64,000 nt of DNA from Octopus sinensis (lineage: Eukaryota): positions 39,494,001 through 39,558,000 of the forward strand of contig NC_042998.1 in NCBI RefSeq assembly GCF_006345805.1. Reading direction: 5' to 3'. The position numbers and the translations under genes are program-made. Shown here in pieces: positions 23,600 through 36,800 of this stretch; position 1 is the first letter of the stretch; every line of letters begins with the position of its first letter. Below the pieces are notes generated by a model. That model ran no database searches, was not told the DNA's origin, and saw nothing but the letters and a program-made list of their open reading frames with translations.

Positions 23600-25515
23600 A
23601 AACATTTTACCTTTGCCCATATAATACAATAAATGAATTGCATCGCAATTTTTAACATTTATGTATTAACTTTGTTGGGTGCTTTACTAGCAGTATATTG
23701 GATATATGTTATCCCATAGTGGGTTGCACTCACAACCCCTATCTCAATTTATATATATATATACATACTGTTGTGTCTGGGGAGAGTCATTTTCTTTTTG
23801 TGCCTTTATGCATGTATGTGCATCTGTATGTATGTATTCTGCATATTCATGTGCTTGCATGTCTGTGTTTGTGTATTTTCTATGTATGTGTGAGTGTGTT
23901 TGTATAGTTATGCACTTCTGTCTCCTTGTGTGCGCATGTCTGTGTTTTGCAACTATGTACCATGTTTGTATGTATGGATGTGTATCTCTATATGTGAGGA
24001 CCCCTATCTCCATATGTGGAGTAAAGTATGTGTGTATATATGGTCATGTGTTTCAGTTTCCATTTGTGTATGTGTGCTTGTCTGATCTTATAACCAATGT
24101 ACCTATCCGTCTGTATGTTGATCTGTTTATTTTCATATCCTTATGCTTACATACATGTGCATACACACACACATACATCTATCTATCTACATAACAGCCC
24201 ACTAACTATTCTACTCTACCTGTGTAAACTGTGGGTAAGGGGGTATGATATCTACTATGTATATTTCCTATTTAGTATTGGGGAAGTTTCATTTATAAGG
24301 ACATACTCCCATATTTGTCTGAGTATTGGGTCTTTTGGGTGCTTGGATAAGATGCGGATGTCAAGTTGACACAAGTTGCCTCCATGTTGGTAGAGTATGG
24401 AGGACTGTTTTTTGTCGTCATATTGTCTCAAATGTTCATTTAGTCGTTCCACAATGTTCCTAGATGTCTCCCCTATGTACGTCATGTTCATGTCTTTACA
24501 AGCACCTTCTATCAATCTTATGCTGTAAACTACATTTCGAGTTCTACAGTTAATACCAGGGCTAATTCTACATACCATCCAGTATTTCTAGTCTTCTATT
24601 CGACGTATTCTTAACTAAAAACAAAGCGTCATCTCTATATAGGCTGCCCTTCAATTCAGGGAATTCCCTACTTAAATTATCCAGTAAATACATCCCTACT
24701 AAATCAGTCGCTTCCGCTGAATCCGGCGATCCCATAGTGATGTCAAATAAGTTGGGTGTGTCCTTCCTAGCCCATAATTTGTTATCAAATTCTATGACTG
24801 TTTTCCTAACAGTTAAAATCTTGATTTCCCTCATGTTGATGTTAGTATGTCTCCTAGCAAAAATTAAAGCCTGGTTCAGTATAATAGGGTTTATAAAAGA
24901 GTACTAGTTCTGGATATCTAGTTGGATAAATTTGTTGTTACTACCATTACTAACCTTAATACCAGAGAACCAATCCAGTGCGCCCTGTGTATTCTTCCAA
25001 TGACTAAGCTTAATTTTGTTTCTTATAGTTGGTAAATATTTGTCAAGGATTAGTTTGCTTAATTTACCCAAGTCAGATTTGCTAGGACAAATCAGTCTAA
25101 CTTGTGTATTACCAGGAAAAGTTTCCTTATGGTCCTTAATTGTAATTCTAGGTCTAATAGGAGTAAAGGGTTCAGTTTTATCTTCTAGATAGTAATCAAA
25201 CATAATTTCCTTAGCTTCTAAATTTAATTTTCTGAGTGTATCAAATGGTACAATCTTATACTTCTTCGTGATTTCTTTATGCAATAACTCATGATATGTA
25301 AGAATGTCAATATTGAAAATGTTACTGTTGTTCCTCAATGGGTGGTTTTTAAATTTAATATTTCTGATGGTGTCCCATAATTCCTGCTCGAAGTTTTCCA
25401 GATTTTTGTTTGGTGGTGGTGATTTCCTTGATTTGAAGGTATTTCCCATTAGTTTAATTGCTTCCTCATAGTTACTCCTTGTTCGATTATGGTTGAGGTC
25501 ATTCTGTAACCTTAT
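23600..25515 (-). mobile_element. Penelope-like element, RT + C-terminal GIY-YIG, internally deleted; RT motifs resemble the Hydra clade (tentative)
   Basis: 'ITIKDHKETFPGNTQVRLICPSKSDLGKLSK', 'FIQLDI', 'FDITMGSPDSAE', 'LYRDD', then 'CRTRNVVYSI...TYIGETSR...ERLNEH...LN'; thumb/linker missing at about 24570. Confidence 0.85.
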
Positions 25516-25635
25516 CTGTATGTATATATATATTTATATATGTGTATATATATATGTATATACACTTATATATATATATGTGTATTTTATTTCATATTTA
25601 TATTTGCATTTTATATTTTTATAATTGTACTTTAT

Positions 25636-25766
25636 AATCTCTGACGAGGCCTTGAGATATATATATATATAAGTAACTCATTTTTAAGTGCATATTACCT
25701 CAATACATATGACTAATATAGGCACAATGAGATACCTTTATCTACAGGCTGAAATAGCTGTAAGAT
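25636..25766 (+). ncRNA. Type I hammerhead ribozyme motif, diverged paralog of 23251-23378, predicted GUA cleavage after 25762
   Basis: ATCT-CTGACGA-GGCCT...AGGCT-GAAA-TAGCTGTA-AGAT. Confidence 0.8.
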
Positions 25767-25932
25767 CCATTTTATATGTATTATTTTTGTGGTATTATCT
25801 TAAGTATTGATGTATATTGTTTTATTCTGTTAGATTTGGATGTTCCTATTTAAGTAGTTAATAAATAATTTGAATTGGTATTATCTGTAAGTCGATGATT
25901 GAAAGGAATCTGTTCCTCCATTTTCTTACTTG

Positions 25933-25963
<31 letters not shown>

Positions 25964-25969
<6 letters not shown>

Positions 25970-27108
25970 CATCCCATAAATAATGCAATTTTTTTCAAAT
26001 GCATGAACTCGAAATGGGGAGGGGATGGGATAAACTATCTGCATCAACTTGCTATAAAAGCAGGTCATAATTTTACCTTGTTCTTATTCTTAGTGCAAGG
26101 AATATTAATGTAGTATATGGGGATTGGACAATAAGTGTAAGCCAGTGTCAATGGTGGTTCCAGAAATTCTGAACTGGAAACTACAGCCTAGAAAACAAGC
26201 CTCATCCTGGAAGATCTGTAGAGTTCGATGAGGATATCCTGCAAACCCTGATGGAAGAAAATCCTACCATAACTGTTGAGGAACCAGCAGAGAAGCTTGG
26301 ATTTGGTCATTCAACCATTCATCAACACCTGCGTGCCATCAGAAAAGTCAGCAAATTGGGTCAATGGGTTCCTCACAACCTTTCCGAGTCTAATCGCACA
26401 CAGACAGTGAACGTGTGCTCTTCTTTGCAGTCACATCTCACAAATGAACCTTTTTGAACCGAATGGTGACTGGTGACAAGAAATGGGTTCTCTATAAAAA
26501 TGTCAGGCACTGAAGACAATGGGTAGGGAAATGAGAAACACCAGCACCCCAGGCTAAAGAAGGTTTTCACCCACGTAAGGTGTTGTTATCTGTTTGGTGG
26601 GATATGAAAGGTTTAGTCCACTTTGAATTTTAAAACACAAACCAAACAATAACAAAGGAGATGGATCTACTATGAGCAGCTTGAGTGGCTTAAGTCAGTG
26701 TTAGAAGAAAAACGACCATCTTCGGTTTCAAGACAAAAAGTGTTCTTCCAGCAGGATAATGCTCAGCCACATACAGTGAGGATGACATTCCAAAGGCTGG
26801 AGCAGTTTGCATGGGAAACGATGCCCCACCCACCATATTCACTGGACATTGCTCCATCTGATTATCATTTATTCCGCAGGCTTCATAATCACTTGGACGG
26901 AAAAAATAAGAATTCTGTAGACGAGGTCAGAACAGTATTGGAGGAGTATTTTTCATCATGGACAAGTGAATTTTGGAAGAGAGGCCTTGCAAGTCTACCA
27001 GATAGATGGAAGAGCATTGTAGAAATTAAAGGAGAGTATATTTTTGATTAAAAAAGAAGTTTGTTTATCTTAATTTTGAAAAGTAAAATTAGTATAAAAA
27101 ACCACATT
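25964..27108 (+). mobile_element. Degenerate mariner transposon (Hsmar1-like)
   Basis: 'GQWVPHNL', 'VTGDKKWVLYKN', 'QDNAQPH', 'HPPYSLDIAPSDYHLFR'; left TIR ttggatcatcccataaataatgc in (TA)n; right TIR truncated. Confidence 0.9.
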
Positions 27109-27119
27109 ACGGCCTCCCA

Positions 27120-27380
27120 AAAATCAAACTCAAAATTGTAGTTATGGTCAATGCCAGTGCTGCTTGACCGACTCCCAGTGCCGGTGGCACATAAAAAGTA
27201 CCATCTAAATGTGGTTACTGCCAGTGCAGCCTGACTGGCTCTCGTGTAGGTGACACATAAAAAGCAGTCACTACATTCACGGAGTGGTTGGCATTAGGAA
27301 GGGCATCCAGCTGTAGAAACCTCAGTCAAACCACCCAACTCATGCCAGTGTAGAAAGCAGATGTTATACGACAATGATAT
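27120..27380 (+). mobile_element. RTE-tail copy
   Basis: ggagtggttggcattaggaagggcatccagctgtagaaac motif and GAT-like tail. Confidence 0.8.
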
Positions 27381-27788
27381 ATATATATATACACACACGC
27401 ACACACACATTTACTTATATACATTTTATACATATACAAACCCATTCATACGAACACACATATATATATACACATACATACACACAGACTTACACATTCA
27501 TTCATAATTGGTAAAATAAAGAATTAATTGGCAATGAAATCTGAATGAATCCACCAAATTGAAAACTCATCTCCCCACAGAAAACATTAGGGTCTTACAG
27601 ATAGGCAGGCAATGGATCACTGGTTTTTATAGTTTTTACATCTTTTAGTTGAAACCTCTGACTTTGCTCTCCAAACCAAAACTGATAAGGCTGTTAATTC
27701 AATTTGCTATACTCCCCAATCCCTATTAATTCATTCTAATGTGATCCATCCTTAACAAAAATGACCTGCACTTTTGTAGAGTGAATTC

Positions 27789-27842
27789 TTAGGCTTCCGA
27801 CAGTTCGGGTGATTTCTTGATAGCTTCAGCACTCACAGCTAT
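27789..27842 (-). CDS. PMF1: PMF1/Nnf1 coding exon 5 (last): IAVSAEAIKKSPELSEA*
   Basis: Strong acceptor TTTTTTTTTCTTTTTCAG, phase 0, 17 codons + TAA; human last exon is similarly short. Confidence 0.8.
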   Translation of the reverse strand: MAVSAEAIKKSPELSEA

Positions 27843-28129
27843 CTGAAAAAGAAAAAAAAAATGAATCTAATATATATTTTGATGTATTTTATTTTCTCAA
27901 CTACTCAATCAGCAATGTTCCTCAGAATTCTCATTTTGGGACCTTTTCTTGTTGTTCAGCCTCAGCTCAACTATAACTGGAAAAACAGATGATCAAAGAC
28001 ATCATTCATCTGATTGAGCACTAACCTTTCTCTTTTTTTTTTAGCTATGATTACGTCATAGTATAATCATAGTGTATCCATGACTATGTCACCTAATGTG
28101 AGTTTCTTTACAAATGAAGGAAATTGCCA

Positions 28130-28800
28130 TGAAAAAAGCACCCAGTACACTCTGTAAAGTGGCTGGAATTAGGAAGGGCATGCAGCCATAGAAACTATGC
28201 CAAAGCAGAAAATTTGAGGCCAGGCAGCACATTGGCTTTCCAGCTCCTGTCAAGCCATCCAACCCACGCTAGTATGAAAAACAAGCGTATGATGATGATG
28301 ATGATGATGATGATATGCATGACTGTATATGTATGTATATATCATCATCATCATCATTTAATGTCCACTTACCATGTTGGTATAGGTTGAACAGTTTGAT
28401 TGAGGACTGTCAAGCCAGTAGGCAAATCCAGGCTCCAATCTGATTTGGCAAGGTTTCTACAGCTGGATGCCCTTCTTAATGCCAATCACTCTGAGAGTGT
28501 AGTGACTGCTTTTTATGTGCCACTGGCATGAGAGTCAGACAGGCGGCACTGGCATCAACCACATTTCGATGGTGCTTTTCACATGCCACCAGCACAAGAG
28601 CCAGTCAGGGGCCACTGACATAGACCATGTTCTTATGGTGCTTTTTACATGCCATTAGCACAGGGAGCCAGTCAGGTGGCACGGGCATTGACTTACACTC
28701 GAATGGTGTTTATTATGTGCCACCTGCACGGGTGTCAGTCAGGTGGCACCGACCACAGCTACAATTTCGATTGACTCAACAAGTCTTCTCAAGACAGAAT
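28130..28800. mobile_element. Two RTE-tail copies tail-to-tail (28130-28320 +, 28340-28800 -)
   Basis: (GAT)n at about 28290 faces (CAT)n at about 28342. Confidence 0.85.
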
Positions 28801-28989
28801 ACTACTTGAATCTTTTTACCTTATTTTTTGTGTTGTCAAGCACTGTGGAATCAATCTCCTGTGTGTGACTAATTTGCCAAAAACAGTTTGATTTTCAATA
28901 TTATCCTGTCCTGTTTGAAGTATGTTATTTCTCTGCAGTATGACATTGTCATAGCTTTGATCAGTATATGTAGGGTATGATCAGCTGCT

Positions 28990-30200
28990 GCAATGGTCAA
29001 CCAGCAGTCTTTCAAGTGTTATACATATTGAGACAAGCCATTTGTTTACCCCTAACTTCCTCAGAGACCACCAGTAATAAGATGAAGGATTCTGTTGAAG
29101 GCTTTCTCCAGATCAACGAATGCCAAGCACAATGGTTTACTTTTAGCTAGATACTTCTCCTGTAGGTTTGTCACTAGGAAGATGGCATCTGGAGTACTCT
29201 TCCCTGGCACAAAAACCAAACTGCATCTCATGCAGTCTAATTCCTAGATTAGTCTAGTTCCTAATCAATTAGGCTATAACTCTCTCTCTCTCTCTCTCTC
29301 TGTTCCAGCAGTTCAATACATCTATAATTGTTTGTATCTAAGACATCAGCTTTACTCTTGTAGCAGCTAACTACAATACTACTTACATTGAGGATGACAC
29401 CTCTCTGGATAATCTGATTAACTATACAAGTGACTAAGGTCACATCCTATTCCACCGAATAGCTTAAGCATCTCAGCAGTGATTTCTGGTGGTCTAGGGG
29501 TTTTTCCCTGTCTTCAAATCCTTTATTGCCTCATCTACCATACTGCTATCAACTCTGATGGATGGTCCCTCTGTTGAGGGTCAAAAGATTCTCTTTTTCC
29601 ACATTTAATAACCTTTCACAATAACACTTCCATACCTCTTTCTTCTCAGATTTCGAGCCTGTCTTTTTGCTTTTCTAACTCTGTCCATCTCCTTCTTTCA
29701 CCACCATGTCACTCTCAGCTTGACCAAGACTATACATCATCCACAGATTTGGTCTGAAGCTCTCAGTAGGTTGTCCTGCAGGAACATTCACTTGTCTTCC
29801 ATACTATATGTCTCTAACTCCTCCTCCCTCTCAGAAGTTTCCATTAAAATGTCTTAATTTCTGCCGGTTTGCCGAGTCTTCAAACTTCCATAACCTCTTT
29901 TTCCAGACCAGATTGTTCCTCCAAGTCCTTCTAGCTAGAAATGTAGGATAAAGTGGTGCTTCTCAGGCGAATCAGCTGACCCTTTTCATCCCGTACCCTT
30001 TTCTGCAATTCCTGATTCTTCACCACTGCCTACAGTGGCAATGGATGGCATTTTTGTGTCGTGACTGCCTCTTGACCAGATGACCTTGGAGTGATGCAAT
30101 TCCCAGGGCTGCAATGTGAGTTCAAGGTGTTGAAGTTCACCAAGTCTTGCAACTTGCATTAGTTCATGCAGGTAACTGCACACTTCATCGATTATTGACA
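28990..30200 (-). mobile_element. Degenerate, internally deleted RTE LINE fragment
   Basis: RT remnant 'LDTNNYRCIELL'; homologous to 35900-37000 of the long copy. Confidence 0.8.
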
Positions 30201-30539
30201 AAATCTATAACTTTTTATAAACGATCCTTGATCAGAACATAGCTTAGCAACATATGATATGTTGTAATAATCTCTATTATATACATGGATGAATGTTATG
30301 TCAATGAATTTACTAAACACTAGTTTCAGTCTATTTCTTGAAAAATATTATCATTTTTTTATGGTACAGCTACATATCATCATCATCATCATTTTTATGT
30401 TCATTTTTCCATGCTTGCATGGACCAGACAGAATATGGTGAGGTAGATTTTCTATAGCTGGATACCCTTCATGTTACCAATCCTCCTAGCAAGGTAACAT
30501 TTCCCCAAGATCAGTTTTTCACAGAAAACTGGAACAAAC

Positions 30540-31545
30540 AACACTGCTTGTGATGTATGAAAACTCAAGTAGTGCAGTTCTCCTGAACAACAGCATTGGA
30601 GAATTCTTCAGGACAACAATGGGTTTTCGACAAGGACGTATCCTCTCTCCAATGTTTTACAGCATCTTCCCAGAGAACATCATGCAGGAGACACTTAAGA
30701 CTGCCACCTGTCTGTTTCTATTGGAAGATGGTCCATTTCTAATCTGCACTTTGCTGATGACATTAAACCTGTTAGGAAGCAGCGGAGCACAACTACAGGA
30801 GCTCATCACCAGACTGCAAAAAGTAGCAGAAGTAGTGTATGGGATGAAGTCCAGAAAAGAGCAAGATCATGGTTAACAGTAACAAGCAGAGACACAGCAA
30901 TCAACATCATGCTCAACAGAGAGGTGGACCCCTACAATGACCTAGGATTCACTTTTCACTCTGACCAAAGACAGCAGATCTCAAAAGTGGATAACAACAA
31001 GACTCAGTTCAGCCCCTGGTGCCATGAAGAAGCAGAACAACCTATGAGGCAGCAATTTCGTTAATTTTCCAACAAGACTCAGAGTGTGAAGACCCTGATG
31101 ATTTCAATCTTTCTGTATGGGTATGAGAGCCAGACTCTTACAGCTGACATGGAGTGAAGAATGTAGGCGTTTGAGCACAAGTGCTTTGGAAGGCTATTAC
31201 GAGTCCTGTACGCAGAGCACAAAATGAACAGCTTTGTCAGGCAGCAAATCAACAAATATACTGGCAGACAGGAACCACTCCTTACGCAGGTAAAAAGACA
31301 GAAGCTTGCCTGATATGGTCACGTATCCCACCAAAACGTCCAGTTGAAAACCATTTCTCAGGGTGAAAGAAAAGCAGACAGAGAAAATGCAGGTTTGACA
31401 ACATCAAGGACTGGATGGGTCACAACACAGAACTTGCTATGCATGACAGAGAATGGGGGCCAATGGTGATGGCTGACTATGAAAGTGTCTAGAGTGGTAT
31501 CCCAATGATTGGCTGCATCAGTTAAAGGATCTTGATGATGATGAT
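30540..31545 (+). mobile_element. Second RTE-clade LINE family, 3' fragment (no PHD insert)
   Basis: 'MYENSSSAVLLNNSIGEFFRTTMGFRQGRILSPMFYSIF.ENIMQE' and FADD remnant; (TGA)n tail. Confidence 0.75.
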
Positions 31546-31759
31546 ATCCTTAGGATTACAGCCAATTTGCAGCCGTCATCATGAAATAATAATTTGTGTG
31601 TATAAGTTATTTTACATTTTTCAACTGCAAAGAATTCTGCATTATCTTCCTCTATAGTGGATTCCTATGTGGTCTGCAAGCTGGATTTGCTAGAGAAGCT
31701 TTCCACGATAGCCACAGGATCCTTTGAATCTATATATTGCACTACAAATTTTTATACAT

Positions 31760-32700
31760 ATATATGCTGGTAACAAAGGGCCTCTCACTCAGAGTGAAAG
31801 GTAGACTGTATGATGCCTGTGTGCAAACAGTCATGCTACACAGCAGTAAAACATGGGCTGTGACTGCTGAGGACATGCGTAGGCTTGAAAGAAATGAAGC
31901 TAGCATGATCCACTGGATGTGTAATGTCAGTGTGCATACACGACAGTGTAAGTGCCCTGAGAGAAAAGTTGGGCATAAGAAACATCAGATGTGGTGTGCA
32001 AGAGAAACGACTGCACTGGTATTATCATGTGATGTGTATGGATGTGGACAGCTATGTGAAGAAGTGTCAAACCCTAACAGTGAAGGAAACCTGTGGAAGA
32101 GGTAAAACTAGGAAGACATGGGATAAGATGGTGAAGCACAGCCTTCGAATGCTGGGCCTCACAGAGGGAATCACAAGTGACCGAGACCTTTGGAGATATG
32201 TTGTGCTTGAGACGACCTGGCAAGCCAAGTGAGATTGTAGTCATGACCGAAGCTTGTGTCTCATAACTGGCCCCTTTAAAAGCACTCTTCAATCATCAGG
32301 CAACATGCTGTGCTTGAGCAGACCTGTTGAACCAAGTGAAATCATAGTCATGGCCAATGCCAGTGCTACCTGACTGGCACCTGTGCTGGTGGCATGTAAA
32401 AAGCACCATTTGTGCGTGGCTGATGCCAGTGCTGCCTGACTAGCACATAAAAAGCACCATTTGAGCATGGCCGATGCCAGTGCCATCTGACTGGCTCCCT
32501 GCCGGTGACACATAAAAAGCACCAATTACACTCTCAGAGTGGTAGGCGTAGAAACAAATTTTTATATATATATATGCTGTAGAAACCTTGCCAAATCAGA
32601 CTGGAGCCTAGTGCAGCCTCCTGGCTTGCTAGTTCTCAGTCAAACCATCAAACCCATGCCAGCATGGGAAATGGATGTTGAACAATGATGATGATAATGA
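31760..32700 (+). mobile_element. 5'-truncated RTE LINE copy with 3'UTR
   Basis: 'LVTKGLSLRVKGRLYDACVQTVMLHSSKTWAVTAEDMRRLERNEAS'; (GAT)n tail at about 32700. Confidence 0.9.
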
Positions 32701-32930
32701 TGATAGATTTATATCTTTTGGTGTATATTGTTGAAGGATGTAAAAATCAGTAAACGAGTGTTGTTTCTAAAGACACCCCCATCCATTCCCAACTTGCTTA
32801 TGTTGCTGTTTCCATTAGAAATACAGACTGATCCACTGACAATTTGTAACCCACAATATTGCTTGGCTTCACACATTGTTCTGTAAAATATGTAACATAA
32901 AAAAAAAAGTTATTTCAAATTTCAACTCAC

Positions 32931-33129
32931 TTTTTCAAAGAAAGCATTATAGTCTTTCAGTTTTTGTTCACCTTTTATAAGGTTCTTCTGTCGCTCACAT
33001 ACAATGGTTTGTAACTGCTTGTTCTCTTCTTCCAATTTGCTCAACATAGTCTGTAAATTGTCTCGTAATTTCATCTTCACTGGCATCGCGTGTGCACGGA
33101 TGTCGTCATCAACATTACCCGTAGGACGC
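32931..33129 (-). CDS. PMF1: PMF1 coding exon 4: (W)RPTGNVDDDIRAHAMPVKMKLRDNLQTMLSKLEEENKQLQTIV...FFEK
   Basis: AG acceptor 33131-30, donor AAA|GTGAGT, phase 2-0; WRPxG motif and coiled coil match human 'AWRPSGIPEKDL...QKQEAENQQL'. Confidence 0.92.
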
Positions 33130-33839
33130 CTGGCAACAGTAATTAACTTAATAATTAGTAAAACATAAAAACACTGCCCTGAATTGTTACCTGGGGGATG
33201 TATGTATGGCTGTATGGTTGGATGGATGCATAGATGTGTGATTGTGTGTATATATATGGCTATGGTTATGTATCTCCCTCTCAATCTGTCAATCTCTCCA
33301 TTCCCTCCTCTTTTCCTACTAGGGTAGCCAAATATCTCTTCTACAGTAAGACACCTCTCTTTATCCCTCTAATATACTTCAGCCTCTCAACTGGCACAAA
33401 TGAGAGTGGAACCACTTTCCACAGATGCACTCTCCCTCTCTCCCAGCTGAAGAGAGGTCTTCATTTCACAAGTTACTCGGCAACCCTGCTAGTGTTGGTG
33501 CCACACAAAAAGCACTCACTGAACTCTATAAAGTGGTTGGTGTTAGGAAGAAGCGCATCCGGTCATGGAACCATGCCAAAGCAGACAATTGAACCTGGTG
33601 CAACTCTCCGGCCTTGCCAGGCCATGGATTGGTGTATGCAGGGTTAAGCAGTTCTCCCTGTGACATAGCATGAGGTTATGTACAGCTGCAGAGTTAAGAA
33701 GTTTTCTTAGCAAGTATGTGGTCTTATGTTCAATCCCTCGAAACAGCAAGTGTCTTCTACAGAGCCATGGTTTCACATTTTCTTTCTGAGTTCGAATTGC
33801 AAGACAGAAACAGCAGAAAAACCATTCTAAGCGTGTTTA

Positions 33840-36800
33840 TCATCATCATCATCATCATCGTTTAACGTCCGTTCTCCATGCTAGCATGGGTTGGACGGTT
33901 CGACCGGGGATCTGGAAAGCCAGAAGGCTGCACCAGGCTCCAGTCTTATCTGGCAGTGTTTCTACAGCTGGATGCCCTTCCTAACGCCAACCACTCCGTG
34001 AGTGTAGTGGGTGCTTTTTACGTGCCACCTGCACAGGTGCCAGGCGAGGCTGGCAACGGCCACGGTCGGATTGGTGTATTTTATGTGCCACCTGCACGGA
34101 AGCCAAACGAGGGGGTGCTGGCATCGGCCACAAGTCGGATAGTGCTTTTTACATACCACCAGACCAGGGATCCTGGCTGGTTCAATTCGATTTCGATTTC
34201 GATTTTGCTTGCCCCAACATGTCTTCGCAAGCAAGGGGGTTGGCATGGGTGCCTGTCGTACGGTCAGATTGGTGTATTTTACGTGCCACCGGCACGGAAG
34301 CCAGTGGAGGCGGCGCTGGCATCGGCCACGAGTCGGATAGTGCTTTTTACGTACCACCAGACCAGGGATCCTGGCTGGTTCAATTCGATTTCGTTTTCGC
34401 TTGCCCCAACATGTCTTCGCAAGCAAGGGGGTTGGCATGGGTGCCTGTCGTACGGTCAGATTGGTGTATTTTACGTGCCACCGGCACGGAAGCCAGTGGA
34501 GGCGGCGCTGGCATCGGCCACGAGTCGGATAGTGCTTTTTACGTACCACCAGACCAGGGATCCTGGCTGGTTCAATTCGATTTCGCTTGCCCCAACATGT
34601 CTTCGCAAGCAAAAGGGGTTGGCATGGGTGCCTGTCGTCGGATGAGGTTCTATATCGACTTCGCTTGCCTCAACAGGTCTTTGTGTCCAAGGGAGGAAAG
34701 GCATTCATAAGTGGGCTGGGCTCACTTGTCCTGCCTGGTCTTCTCACGTACAGAATATTTCCAAAAGTCTCGGTCGCTGGTCATTTCCTCAGTGAGGCCT
34801 AAAGTTCGGAGGTCGTGCTTCACCACCTCGTCCCAGGTTTTCCTGGGTCTACCTCTTCCACGGGTTCCCTCAACTGCTAAGGATTGGCACTTTCTCACAC
34901 ACCTATCTTCATCCATTCTCGCCACATGACCATACCAGCGCAATCGTCTCTCTTGCACACCACAACTGATGCCTCTTAGGTACAACATTTCTCTCAAGGT
35001 GCTAACGCTCTGTCGAGTATGTACACTGACATTACACATCCATCGGAGCATACTGGCTTCATTCCTCACGAGCTTACGCATGTCCTCGGCAGTCACGGCC
35101 CATGTTTCACTGCCATGTAGCATGGCTGTTCGTACACACGCATCATACAGTCTGCCTTTTACTCTGAGCGAGAGGCCTTTAGTCACCAGCAGAGGTAAGA
35201 GCTCCCTAAACTTTGCCCAGGCTATTCTTATTCTAGCAGTTACACTTTCAGCGCACCCACCCCCACTACTGACTTGGTCACCTAGATAACGGAAGCTATC
35301 AACTACTTCTAGTTTTTCCCCCTGGAAAGTGACGGAAGTTATTTTCTGCAGATTTTCGGAGGTTAATGCTCCAGAGCATTTGCCACATACAAAAACTATC
35401 TTCCCAGTTAGCCTACCTTTGACATTGCTGCACCTCTTATGTGTCCATAGCTTACACTGGGTACATCTTATAGAGTTTCTACCAACACCTTTTCTACAGA
35501 TCGAGCAGGGCCATCTTCCTGAAGACATTTGTGGATTGTCTACCTTCCTACTTATTAGTACTTTGGTTTTAGCTAGGTTGACTCTAAGGCCCCTCGATTC
35601 TAAACCCTCCTTCCACACCTGGAACTTCTCCTCCAGCTCTGATAGTGACTCAGCAATAAGAGCAAGGTCGTCAGCGTAGAGGAGCTCCCAGGGACAACCT
35701 GTCTTGAATTCCTCCGTAATTGCCTGGAGGACTATGATAAATAGGAGGGGGCTGAGTACTGAACCCTGGTGGACCCCAACCTCTACTTTGAATTCTTCTG
35801 TGTACATGTTGCCAACCCTAACCTTACTTACGGCATCTCTGTACATGGCTTGCACAGTCCTCACCAGCCATTCATCTATCCCCAGTTTCCTCATTGACCA
35901 CCAGATAAGGGATCGGGGGACCCTATCAAAAGCTTTCTCCATGTCAACAAAAGCCAGGTACAGGGGCTTATCTTTGGCTAGGTATTTCTCCTGCAGCTGC
36001 CTTACCAGGAATATAGCATCAGTGGTACTTTTCCCTGGCACGAACCCAAACTGCATCTCATCTAAACTAACTCTCTCTCTAATTAGTTGGGCTATGACCC
36101 TCTCCGTAACCTTCATTACTTGATCCAACAGCTTGATACCTCTGTAATTATTTGTATCTAGGGCATCACCTTTACCTTTGTAGCAGTTGACTAGTGTGCT
36201 GCCACACCAGTCATTGGGTATGACTCCTTCGTGTATCACCTGGTTGACTATACGGGTGACCAGGCTATAGCCGACACTGCCAGATATTTTGAGCATCTCT
36301 GCAGTAATTCCTGATGGGCCTGGGGCTTTCCCTGTCTTCATGCTTCTAATTGCCTTAGCTACCACGGAACTATCAACTCGGATAGCTGGTCCCTCTGTTG
36401 GGTCAACATTCGGCAGACTCTCTTTATCCCATTCATTTTCTTTATTCAGCAACCTTTCATAGTGGCATCTCCAAACCTCTCTCTTTGCATCCTCATTTAG
36501 CGCAAGTGAACCATCATCCATGCGAACACACTTCTCTCCTACCACATCACGATTCTCTCTCACACACTGTCTTGCAACACGAAATACCTTAAGTCTTTCA
36601 TCCTCACGGCTCAGAATATTGGCAAATTTTTTCTTATCCGCTTCCCCTCTGGCTAGATAAACCTGTCTCCTAGCTTCCCTTCTGGCTGTCTGATACAATT
36701 CCCTGCTACCACCATTCTTCCAGTCCTTCCAAGCCTGTCTCTTTTGTCTAATAGCCCTGTCAACCACAGTGTTCCACCACCATGTTACTCTGGGTCGAGA

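Noticed and set aside
23698-24369. C/V/Y/H-rich ORFs here and at 1341-1751, 19493-19780, 37982-38348, 62396-62762
   Set aside because: Translations of TA/CA/GA microsatellites and decayed simple repeats
34065-34640. Regular repeats suggestive of a CRISPR-like array (also 56000-56320)
   Set aside because: Units are contiguous tandem copies without unique spacers, inside a eukaryotic LINE 3'UTR; no cas genes
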